64,000 bases of DNA from assembly GCA_027066435.1 (NCBI GenBank), contig JAMONX010000121.1, positions 4,120 to 68,119 of the forward strand, read 5' to 3'. The DNA is from Campylobacterales bacterium. GTDB taxonomy: Bacteria > Campylobacterota > Campylobacteria > Campylobacterales > QNZT01. Of this stretch, positions 29,718 through 37,239 are shown piece by piece (positions within the stretch are counted from its first letter, which is position 1; the number at the start of each line of letters is the position of its first letter). The notes under the pieces were generated by a model. It saw nothing but the letters and a program-made list of their open reading frames with translations, had not been told where the DNA came from and searched no databases. Made by a program: the position numbers and the translations under genes.

Positions 29718-30029
29718 CTAATCCTCTTTAAGTGATTGGTTCTCTAATCTTTGTTTTATCCATGAAGGATTTTTTCTACAATCCAAAACAGCATAAATGT
29801 AAATTATATTGCTTTTGATTTTATAATAGATTGAAAAAGGAAATCGTTTTGACAAAAGCCTATGATATGTTGAAATCTTTATATGAATACCAGCATAAAT
29901 ATGAAGAGATTCAATATCAGACATAATTGAGTCTAAAAAATAGTTTCCAAGTCCCTCTTTTTGGCTTTGATAAAAATAAATACCATGGGCAATGTCATCT
30001 TCTGCTTCATCTAAAATTTTAATTTGCAT
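29718..30029 (-). CDS. Type II toxin, ParE/RelE superfamily
   Basis: About 100 aa. ParE-like ends (ILDEAEDDI ... IYIYAVLDCRKNP). Overlaps the upstream antitoxin gene by 11 nt. Confidence 0.7.
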   Translation of the reverse strand: MQIKILDEAEDDIAHGIYFYQSQKEGLGNYFLDSIMSDIESLHIYAGIHIKISTYHRLLSKRFPFSIYYKIKSNIIYIYAVLDCRKNPSWIKQRLENQSLKED

Positions 30030-30276
30030 TTAGAATTTTTTGAAGCCTTTTTTTTACTAAAGAGAGATCACTAAAATTTGATTCTCCATTTTTTACTTTT
30101 AGCTCTCTTTCATTTAAGAGCTCAATATGCCATTTAGGTGAAATTTTGTTTTTATTGGCATTGTTAGATAACTCTTGCCATAACTCTTCCATTAACATAA
30201 ACTTTTCTTCAATTCCAATTTGATCTAATTTTAACGATGTTTGCATAATAGTTTTTCCATGTTTTACTTTGTTCAA
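30019..30276 (-). CDS. Putative addiction-module antitoxin
   Basis: 85 aa. The pattern EEKFMLMEELWQELS...W..ELL.ERELKVKNGES is typical of the 'addiction module component' antitoxin family. Immediately upstream of the toxin. Confidence 0.6.
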   Translation of the reverse strand: MNKVKHGKTIMQTSLKLDQIGIEEKFMLMEELWQELSNNANKNKISPKWHIELLNERELKVKNGESNFSDLSLVKKRLQKILNAN

Positions 30277-30314
30277 TTATATCATGTTTTGAAACTTTTT
30301 TATATTTTAAAAAT

Positions 30315-31301
30315 TCAAAAAAGCAAAATAGAAAGATTAAAATAACGCTCATATGCCCACAAGGATGCAATCATAGCAGTCAATGTTGAAAATCCATACA
30401 ATATAAAATACCTATAAAATCTAGTAGCTCTTGTCATAAACAGAAGAGGTACAACCACAACAATAATAGCAATTTGTCCAATCTCAACCCCAAGATTAAA
30501 TCCAAGTAGTGACCTTACTAATTCCGATGAATTTAGCATCATCTCGTTAAGGATATTTGCAAACCCAAAACCGTGAATGAGTCCAAATCCAAAAGCAAGT
30601 AACCAAATCTTTGTTTTTATCCATGCAAATATATTGTTAAGGGCTGTAAAAAGAACAGAGAGTGCGATAGTAATTTCGACAAATTGTGAATTTAGAGTGA
30701 TGATATTTAACACACTTAGTGCTAGTGTTATGGAGTGGGCGATACTAAAAGCTGTAGCAATTTTAAGAACATTTATCAGTGAAGTTTTAAGTGAGTTTTG
30801 TGGAAAAATTTCCCTCTTTTTATAGTATATTACAGAGGGTATAAGAAGCATAAGCAAAAACAAAATATGATCAAACCCAATCCAAATATGCCAAATTCCC
30901 TCAAATAAAAAGTTCATAAATGATTCAAATGCGGTAGCTTGTTGGAGCTTGATTGATATTTCATTTGTAAAAGATGAGAGAATCATAGGTTTTGAATTGT
31001 TCTGTTCATTTATAGAAAAAAATGCTTTTTGTCCTTTATCTACATCAAAAAAGAGGTTATAAAAAACCTTTGTCTCTTTTTTTGGAATTGGACAAGTTAA
31101 GTCGATATGAAGTTTGATGTATGATTGATGCACACGGCGATAAACTTCAAAATCTGTAAGTGAATTTTTGCACAATTTTTCATCAAAGGAAATTTTTAGA
31201 TGAGGTAGAACAAACTTTACAATCTCCTCTTTTTTAGCTCTTATCTCCTTCCATGAGATGATACCGTTCTCATTTGCATCTAGAGTTATAAATCTATCCA
31301 A
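30315..31301 (-). CDS. HupE/UreJ_2-type membrane protein with an N-terminal EF-hand-containing domain (probably extends upstream to ~31430)
   Basis: HupE/UreJ_2 motif GIWHIWIGFDHILFLLMLLIP plus about 6 TM helices. EF-hand loop DANENGIISWKE. The called TTG start lies downstream of an in-frame signal-peptide-like stretch. Confidence 0.7.
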   Translation of the reverse strand: MDRFITLDANENGIISWKEIRAKKEEIVKFVLPHLKISFDEKLCKNSLTDFEVYRRVHQSYIKLHIDLTCPIPKKETKVFYNLFFDVDKGQKAFFSINEQNNSKPMILSSFTNEISIKLQQATAFESFMNFLFEGIWHIWIGFDHILFLLMLLIPSVIYYKKREIFPQNSLKTSLINVLKIATAFSIAHSITLALSVLNIITLNSQFVEITIALSVLFTALNNIFAWIKTKIWLLAFGFGLIHGFGFANILNEMMLNSSELVRSLLGFNLGVEIGQIAIIVVVVPLLFMTRATRFYRYFILYGFSTLTAMIASLWAYERYFNLSILLF

Positions 31302-31499
31302 ATTATCAGACTCAAAATCAAGAATGACTCTTGGATTTGTATCATTTAAATCAAGTGAGATATAGTTTTCCTTAAGAATATCTGCATTTAAAGAGAGTGT
31401 AAAAAGTATAATATATATTATTATTTTAATGACATATCCTGATAATTTGATTTTCTATATTATAAGCATATTGTGTTAAAATACCCTTCTTAAAAAAAA

Positions 31500-31575
31500 G
31501 GGGCCTTAGCTCAGCTGGGAGAGCGCTTCGCTGGCAGCGAAGAGGTCAGCGGTTCGATCCCGCTAGGCTCCACCA
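31500..31575 (+). tRNA. tRNA-Ala (anticodon GGC), CCA encoded
   Basis: Cloverleaf readable: acceptor GGGGCCT/AGGCTCC with G3:U70, D-arm GCTC/GAGC, anticodon stem CTTCG/CGAAG with loop CTGGCAG, T-arm AGCGG-TTCGATC-CCGCT, then ACCA. Confidence 0.95.
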
Positions 31576-31611
31576 AAAAGATAGTTTATTTTGACTTTAA
31601 TATAAAAATAG

Positions 31612-31640
31612 TTGACTATCATCAATTTTTAGAATATAAT
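31612..31640 (+). promoter_or_regulatory. Near-consensus sigma70 promoter for the TonB-dependent receptor/apbE unit
   Basis: TTGACT (31612-31617), 17-nt spacer, TATAAT (31635-31640). AAGG Shine-Dalgarno and the ATG at 31687 follow. Confidence 0.5.
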
Positions 31641-31686
31641 TTTTTGATACAATTTATTGATAAATAATAACTTAAGGCAAATACAA

Positions 31687-33522
31687 ATGAAAATAATTAA
31701 ACTATCAATTATCCTAAGCTTGACTTTATCAACTCAAATTTTTGCTTCGAGTGTTGATCTTGATAAGGTTACGGTTACTACTCCAACAAAGTTTTCACAA
31801 GCACTTCAAGATACAACGGCAAATGTAAATGTTATAACTATAGATGAGTTAGAGGAGAGAAGATTTAAAACAGTTACAAAAGCATTAAGTTCTATCTCTG
31901 GATTAAATCTTTCAAGACAGGGTGGACTTGGTCAAAGTAGCTCTTTAAAGCTTAGGGGATTTGATTCAAAAAGGGTTTTGGTGTTGATAGATGGTGTAAG
32001 ATATAACAATCCAACAGGCAGAAGTGGGGCTGAATTTTCTAATCTTTTGATCGGAAATATTGAAAAGATAGAAGTTATAAAAGGTCCACAATCTGGTATT
32101 TGGGGTGCAGATGCAAGTGCCGGGGTTATAAATATCATCACAAAAAAATCAACTAAACATGGATTAAATGCTTCGATGCATGCTGAGTATGGAAGTTTCA
32201 ATACTCAAACTTATGGGTTAAATACAAATTATGCTCATGATAAATTTGATATCGCCTTAAATGCTTTGAGAGTTAAAACTGATGGTTTTTCAGCCCTTGT
32301 TCCTGAAGGTAAAGATGTAAAAGATTATGAAGATGATGGTTATGAAAATAACTCAGCAGATATCAAAGTGGGAGTTAATGTAACTAAACAAGATAGAGTA
32401 GAGGCTTTTTACAATATCATCGATTCAACAAGTGAATTTGACAATAGAAATCCAGATGATGCAAATTCTTCTGTTGATTCAAAGCAGTATTTTTATGGAT
32501 TAAGTTATGTTAGAACTGAGGGTGAAAATCAGACAAAGATTTATGCAAACCGCTCAAATTTTGAGAGATATTATAACAATAACCCAAAAAGAGATTATAG
32601 TGGATATGTAGATGAGATAGGATTAAATAGTAGAGTTGAGTATATGAAGGATTCTCAATTAAGTGCTGGAATTGACCATAAAAAGTTTAAATTGACAAAT
32701 AAAGCTAAAAAAGATTATAAAAATGAGGGTATATTTATATCTAACTCAAATAAGACTCCAGGGTTTAGGTCGGGGACAACAATATTTAGTCAATCTATAA
32801 GATATGATAAGTTTGAACACTTTGACAATAAGTTTACTTATAAGTTAGGATTAAAACATTTTCATGAAAAGATTGAAGGTTTTTGGGCTTCTGTAAACTA
32901 TGCAACTGCATATAATATTCCTACACTTTATCAGCTTTATAGCCATGTTGGAAATGAAGATTTAAATCCTGAGGAGACAAAAGGGTATGACATAACACTA
33001 AATTATAAAGGTTTTGAAGTTACCTATTTTGATAATGAAGTTAAAAACTTGATGGAGTATGTCATAGAAAATCCAAGAACATTTGAGGGAAAATTTTATA
33101 ATATTGATGGAAAGAGTAACTTAAGTGGAGTGGAAGCTTCTTATCAAGGAGATATGGAAGACATAGAGTTAATTTACAGCATAAATTATACTTACCTAAA
33201 GGCAGAAGACAACGATGGAGATAAACTTCTAAGACGACCAAAAAATAGCGTAAATCTTTCATTGGATTATTATGGGCTTTTAAATACTCATATTGGTACT
33301 TTGATTCAGTATGTTGGAGAGAGAGATGATAAAAAGAGTAGAAATATTATAAAGTTGGATAGTTATACCGTTGTGGATTTGATAGCCAACTATGATATAA
33401 GTAAACAACTTGGAATCTATGGAAAGATTGATAATGTTTTTGATGAAAAATATGAAGAGATTACGGGTTATGCGACAAGTGCTAGAGCGTTTTATGTAGG
33501 CTTTAGATATAAGATTAAATAA
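31687..33522 (+). CDS. TonB-dependent outer-membrane receptor (BtuB/CirA size class), substrate unknown
   Basis: Signal peptide MKIIKLSIILSLTLSTQIFA. Plug-domain motifs VNVITIDELEERRFKTV, LRGFDSKRVLVLIDGVRYN and IEVIKGPQSGIWGADASAGVINIITK. The ORF track begins at 31657, but the promoter and Shine-Dalgarno favour 31687. Confidence 0.85.
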   Translation: MKIIKLSIILSLTLSTQIFASSVDLDKVTVTTPTKFSQALQDTTANVNVITIDELEERRFKTVTKALSSISGLNLSRQGGLGQSSSLKLRGFDSKRVLVLIDGVRYNNPTGRSGAEFSNLLIGNIEKIEVIKGPQSGIWGADASAGVINIITKKSTKHGLNASMHAEYGSFNTQTYGLNTNYAHDKFDIALNALRVKTDGFSALVPEGKDVKDYEDDGYENNSADIKVGVNVTKQDRVEAFYNIIDSTSEFDNRNPDDANSSVDSKQYFYGLSYVRTEGENQTKIYANRSNFERYYNNNPKRDYSGYVDEIGLNSRVEYMKDSQLSAGIDHKKFKLTNKAKKDYKNEGIFISNSNKTPGFRSGTTIFSQSIRYDKFEHFDNKFTYKLGLKHFHEKIEGFWASVNYATAYNIPTLYQLYSHVGNEDLNPEETKGYDITLNYKGFEVTYFDNEVKNLMEYVIENPRTFEGKFYNIDGKSNLSGVEASYQGDMEDIELIYSINYTYLKAEDNDGDKLLRRPKNSVNLSLDYYGLLNTHIGTLIQYVGERDDKKSRNIIKLDSYTVVDLIANYDISKQLGIYGKIDNVFDEKYEEITGYATSARAFYVGFRYKIK

Positions 33523-33553
33523 TTTTCTTATAGGAGTATTCCTGCTTTGTACC

Positions 33554-34450
33554 TTGAATGCATCTGAAAATGTAGTCTCACGAACACAACTCTTGATGGG
33601 TACATATGTTACTCTCACTCTTGCATCTAGAGAGTCAGATGAAATTATAGATGGATTTAATCTTATAAGAGATATAGAGATGTCCCTCTCTAGCTACAAC
33701 CAAAATGCAAAAGTTTATAAGTTAAACAAAACCAAACAAGTGGAGTATGACGATTATCTTTTAGATGCAATAAAAAGTAGTTTATCACTATACGAACAGA
33801 CAGACGGATATTTTGATATCACGATTGGCTCTTTAACAAGGGAGCTTTATCATTTTGGGGAAGAAGAGAGAGTTCCTTTAGATAGAGAGAGAAGAGATGC
33901 TTATCTTGATATAGATGGTATTTCAGTAGATGAAAAAAATATCACATTAGAGCCAAATATCACAATCGATTTAGGAGGCATAGGGAAAGGTTATGCCGTT
34001 GATAAAGTGGCGGAGTATTTTAAATCAAAAGGCATAAATATAGGCAAAATCGCACTAAGTGGTGATATCAGATGCATAAACCCTTCTACTGTTTTTATCG
34101 ATTCTCCATTTGGAGATAAACCTATAATGAAATTACAAACCTTGCATCCAGATACTTCTATATCCACAAGTGGCACATATCGTCGTTTTGTTAAAGATAG
34201 ATCACATCATCATCTTATAAACCCTAAAACTAAAAAGCAGAGCCAAGATTTTATTTCAGTCACACTTATAACCTTGGCAAACAATACATTGATAGATGGT
34301 TTTGCAACTGCCATCGGCACAATGGATGAACTAGATGCATTGAAACTTTTGACAAAGCATCCTGAGATTGGATTTATTTTGGTGAAGTCAAATAAAAATA
34401 TAATTTATGGGAATTTGGATGGGTTGGTTATTACCCTTTCCTTGCAATAG
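33554..34450 (+). CDS. apbE: FAD:protein FMN transferase (ApbE family); the true start is probably upstream (~33509)
   Basis: ApbE motifs R...LMGT, FDITIG and DLGGIGKGYAVDK. The in-frame upstream sequence encodes a signal-peptide-like RLNNFLIGVFLLCTLNA with no ATG/GTG/TTG. Confidence 0.8.
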   Translation: MNASENVVSRTQLLMGTYVTLTLASRESDEIIDGFNLIRDIEMSLSSYNQNAKVYKLNKTKQVEYDDYLLDAIKSSLSLYEQTDGYFDITIGSLTRELYHFGEEERVPLDRERRDAYLDIDGISVDEKNITLEPNITIDLGGIGKGYAVDKVAEYFKSKGINIGKIALSGDIRCINPSTVFIDSPFGDKPIMKLQTLHPDTSISTSGTYRRFVKDRSHHHLINPKTKKQSQDFISVTLITLANNTLIDGFATAIGTMDELDALKLLTKHPEIGFILVKSNKNIIYGNLDGLVITLSLQ

Positions 34451-34838
34451 TATAAATTAACCAAGCAAATCCTAAAACCATCGCAAAAAGAGCCAAAAGA
34501 TGTATCCATACAAATATTTGAAATTCCAAAGAGATGAAATAGTGGCTAACATTTTCTAATAGTATAGTAAGATAAAGCATCACTATAAACTTTAAAACCT
34601 TTTTTTTGTCAATACTCTCTACAAAAAGTAAAAAGTGACTTAAGACAAAAGCTAAAACTGAAATTGCAAATAGATGAGGTACTGCAACCTCTAAGACTCC
34701 TTCTAAACTTTTAGTAAGTGCAGCTTCTCTAAAGCTTCCTTGAAGAATAAAAAGCCACAAGCCACTTGCAAGTAGTAAAGATGCAAAGACCAAAGTATAT
34801 TTGATAGTTATGGTGTAGAGTCTGCTACTTTGTATCAT
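34431..34838 (-). CDS. Small 4-TM membrane protein with four intramembrane His (candidate heme-b ligands)
   Basis: 135 aa, four hydrophobic helices. Its only His residues (PHLF, LSHF, VSHY, WIHL) all lie in helices. 4-nt overlap with the upstream gene. Confidence 0.5.
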   Translation of the reverse strand: MIQSSRLYTITIKYTLVFASLLLASGLWLFILQGSFREAALTKSLEGVLEVAVPHLFAISVLAFVLSHFLLFVESIDKKKVLKFIVMLYLTILLENVSHYFISLEFQIFVWIHLLALFAMVLGFAWLIYTIARKG

Positions 34839-35308
34839 AGTTTATAGATCAAGTAGAGAGTTTTAAAGCTAAGTATAAGAGCCATTAAGTGCCAAATTAT
34901 AAACAATACAACCCAAGCTATCACAGCAAACTCACCTATAAAATAGCCGGCAATTAAAAAAATAGGAGCCAAAAGTGCGGTTAAAAATAGCCCGTGAAAG
35001 ATAAATCTAGGTAACTGTTTATCTTCAGATACTCTTACGCAGATGGAAGTTAGTATGAGAAGAAGTAGCATTGAAAAAAATAGATTTATATGAATTGTCA
35101 AAAGAAGAGATTCTATCAGTATCGGTTCTATAAATGACTCTTCATCTCCCAAAATTGTAGAAATAGCTTTTGAAAATGTTAGACCAATTTGCAGGTGATG
35201 AAGCACTAAATCCAAAACTAGAAAAAGTATAATAAATAGCAAGAGACCATATAAGAGAGAGCTTAAAAACTTATTGTTTTTAAGCTCTCTTGTTGCTAAA
35301 AATTTCAT
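34835..35308 (-). CDS. Small 4-TM membrane protein with five intramembrane His (candidate heme-b ligands)
   Basis: 157 aa, four helices. His residues at LVLHHL, TIHIN, IFHGL and IWHLM. 4-nt overlaps on both sides. Confidence 0.5.
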   Translation of the reverse strand: MKFLATRELKNNKFLSSLLYGLLLFIILFLVLDLVLHHLQIGLTFSKAISTILGDEESFIEPILIESLLLTIHINLFFSMLLLLILTSICVRVSEDKQLPRFIFHGLFLTALLAPIFLIAGYFIGEFAVIAWVVLFIIWHLMALILSFKTLYLIYKL

Positions 35309-35811
35309 TTTAACTTTGTGTTGTAGAGAGCGATTGCCAATCTTGCACCATCTGTTAAGCTTTTGGCTGAAAGTGTTGCTCCGCTAATTGTAGGTATATC
35401 TTTTCCAATAGAAAAACTATTAGAGATATTTTTATCGTCAAACTGTCCCATCCAGATATCTTTTGGGATATACTCTTTTGGTTCTAAAAATGCTAAAATC
35501 TCTATAAATTTCATTTTTCCATCTTCTATGAAGTATAAAACTGTAGCTTTTTTGGTTCTCACTTTTTGGCTGATTAAGATTGCAAAACCTACTATTTTAT
35601 CTTCTTTTGTTACTTGATAGTATCTGTAAAGTTTAGATTTTACAGGAAGTTTTGCCATCTTTTTTATAGAAGATAGTTCCTCTTTTGAGAGGATAATTTT
35701 ATCTCTTTTTATATTCACATCAGATGCATAATTTTCTTTGATAATTGATATCACATCGGGTTTTGCCCAAATTGTTGTTAAGGTTAAAATTAATAGGAGT
35801 ATCCACTTCAT
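35305..35811 (-). CDS. Secreted FMN-binding domain protein (FMN_bind; predicted ApbE substrate)
   Basis: Signal peptide MKWILLLILTLTTIWA. C-terminal flavinylation motif DIPTISGATLSAKSLTDGARLA (the SGAT motif, as in NqrC/RnfG/NosR). Confidence 0.75.
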   Translation of the reverse strand: MKWILLLILTLTTIWAKPDVISIIKENYASDVNIKRDKIILSKEELSSIKKMAKLPVKSKLYRYYQVTKEDKIVGFAILISQKVRTKKATVLYFIEDGKMKFIEILAFLEPKEYIPKDIWMGQFDDKNISNSFSIGKDIPTISGATLSAKSLTDGARLAIALYNTKLK

Positions 35812-35820
35812 GTATATGCC

Positions 35821-37092
35821 TTAAAAAAGAAATCCAAGAGACAAAGATGCTGTGTTTACTTTATCGCTTTTATTTTTATCATCTTTTATCTGATAATCTG
35901 CTTTTAATACTGTTTGGTCAGTTGGGAAAAAGTTAGCTCCAAAGTTTATTATATTTGTAGCTTCTTTACTTCCTCCATTTGCTAACTTTTCTCTGGTGTT
36001 GTAGTTTTCATATTGGGCAAAAATCAATGTCTTAAAATCACTACCTATCAAAGTACCCACATCATAAGATGCAGTAACATAATATCCACTTGCTTTTTCA
36101 CTCGCATCTTCAGCATATTTTTCAGCTCCATCTAGCATTGATATAGTATAGAGTCCTTTTAAACTCAAACCTTGATAGTTATAAACAGCATGAACTTCAA
36201 ATATAGTCATAGTCGTTCCTGCAATATCATCTTTTTGATTTGAGCCATCTCCTACATACAAAGAGCCTCCAGTGAGTAAGCCATTGATTCCTCTATAATC
36301 AAGCCTGCCAACAAATGCTGGTTTAAATGGTGCTTTATTTGCTGAACCTAGGCGACCATCTCTTATCCATTTTTCTTTACCGCCTTTAGTGCTGGTGTTG
36401 TTTATATTTAGTGCATTTATGATACCCGTTGTATATTCAATCCCAGTATCTGCTATATCGCCATATACAAGCACTCCATTTTCATGCCAAGTGCTAGGGA
36501 TTAATAATTTTTCGATTGTTGGTCTTTGTACGGTTGGAAAAAGTGTAGGCTCATGTCGTAGGTTTGTGATACCCATAGGAACTAAGAGATTTCCTACTCT
36601 GATATTTGCTGATTTGTGTAGTAAAAAATCAAGATACATAAACTCTATAAGTATTTTTCCTGATACGGCACTCTCGCTATTACCATCTAATTTTACACTC
36701 TGTGAGCCTCCGTGTTCAAACTCTATTTCCGTGTTCAAAATCACTGTATCAGAAAATTTATATCCAAAATAGGGGATAAATCTATAAACATCAACAAAAG
36801 AACGGCTACCTTCAGTCTTTGCCCAAAACATTTCGCCATAACCACCGATAGAGAGAGGTGACTGGCTATAATAAACCTTAGAAGCAGCAGCGCCTAAGCC
36901 ATTGTGTGCTTTTGAATCATCGACTTTTGTAAATGAACCAGTTGATATATCGAGTAGCTCTTCAGCTAATATATCTGATTGTGTTTTGAGTAAGTCTATC
37001 TCAGTTTGTAGTTTTTCTATATCTGTTTGAGCTGTTAGTGAAGTTGTTACCAAAGCAGAAGAGAGTATAAGTGCTAAGTTTTTATTTATCAT
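35821..37092 (-). CDS. Outer-membrane porin with an N-terminal coiled coil
   Basis: Signal peptide MINKNLALILSSALVTTSLTAQT. Coiled coil DIEKLQTEIDLLKTQSDILAEELLD. Alternating beta-strand pattern with C-terminal ...SLSLGFLF. The ORF track starts at 37128 (TTG); an AAGGA Shine-Dalgarno favours the ATG at 37092. Confidence 0.7.
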   Translation of the reverse strand: MINKNLALILSSALVTTSLTAQTDIEKLQTEIDLLKTQSDILAEELLDISTGSFTKVDDSKAHNGLGAAASKVYYSQSPLSIGGYGEMFWAKTEGSRSFVDVYRFIPYFGYKFSDTVILNTEIEFEHGGSQSVKLDGNSESAVSGKILIEFMYLDFLLHKSANIRVGNLLVPMGITNLRHEPTLFPTVQRPTIEKLLIPSTWHENGVLVYGDIADTGIEYTTGIINALNINNTSTKGGKEKWIRDGRLGSANKAPFKPAFVGRLDYRGINGLLTGGSLYVGDGSNQKDDIAGTTMTIFEVHAVYNYQGLSLKGLYTISMLDGAEKYAEDASEKASGYYVTASYDVGTLIGSDFKTLIFAQYENYNTREKLANGGSKEATNIINFGANFFPTDQTVLKADYQIKDDKNKSDKVNTASLSLGFLF

Positions 37093-37111
37093 TATTTTTT
37101 CCTTTTTTGTT

Positions 37112-37128
37112 TTGATATTCATTATCAA
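37112..37128. promoter_or_regulatory. Inverted repeat TTGATA-N5-TATCAA (Fur-box-like) upstream of the porin operon
   Basis: On the minus strand, GATAATGAATATCAAAACA matches the 19-bp Fur consensus GATAATGATAATCATTATC at 13/19. The core is a 6+5+6 palindrome. Confidence 0.3.
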
Positions 37129-37170
37129 TTATGCAATTTAACAAAAGTTTACTTAAATAACAGCGAAACT

Positions 37171-37189
37171 GATAAGCATTATCATTTTG
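37171..37189. promoter_or_regulatory. Fur-box-like sequence in the porin/nosZ divergent intergenic region
   Basis: GATAAGCATTATCATTTTG matches GATAATGATAATCATTATC at 14/19 positions (counted by hand). Confidence 0.35.
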
Positions 37190-37196
37190 TGACAAT

Positions 37197-37239
37197 ATTG
37201 ACCTATGTCAATTACATATATTCAATTTTTAACTATAAT
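37197..37239 (+). promoter_or_regulatory. Class II Crp/Fnr-type activator site plus -10 box for nosZ
   Basis: Perfect palindrome ATTGAC-CTAT-GTCAAT (37197-37212). TATAAT at 37234-37239. The palindrome centre is 29.5 nt upstream of the -10 start, about -41.5 if the TSS is 7 nt past the -10. AAGGAG Shine-Dalgarno at 37265-37270. Confidence 0.55.

Noticed and set aside
31644-31671. Fur-box-like AT-rich sequence (TTGATACAATTTATTGATAAATAATAAC) just downstream of the TonB-receptor promoter
   Set aside because: The best hand alignments reach only 9-10/19 to the Fur consensus, which is indistinguishable from background in this AT-rich DNA.
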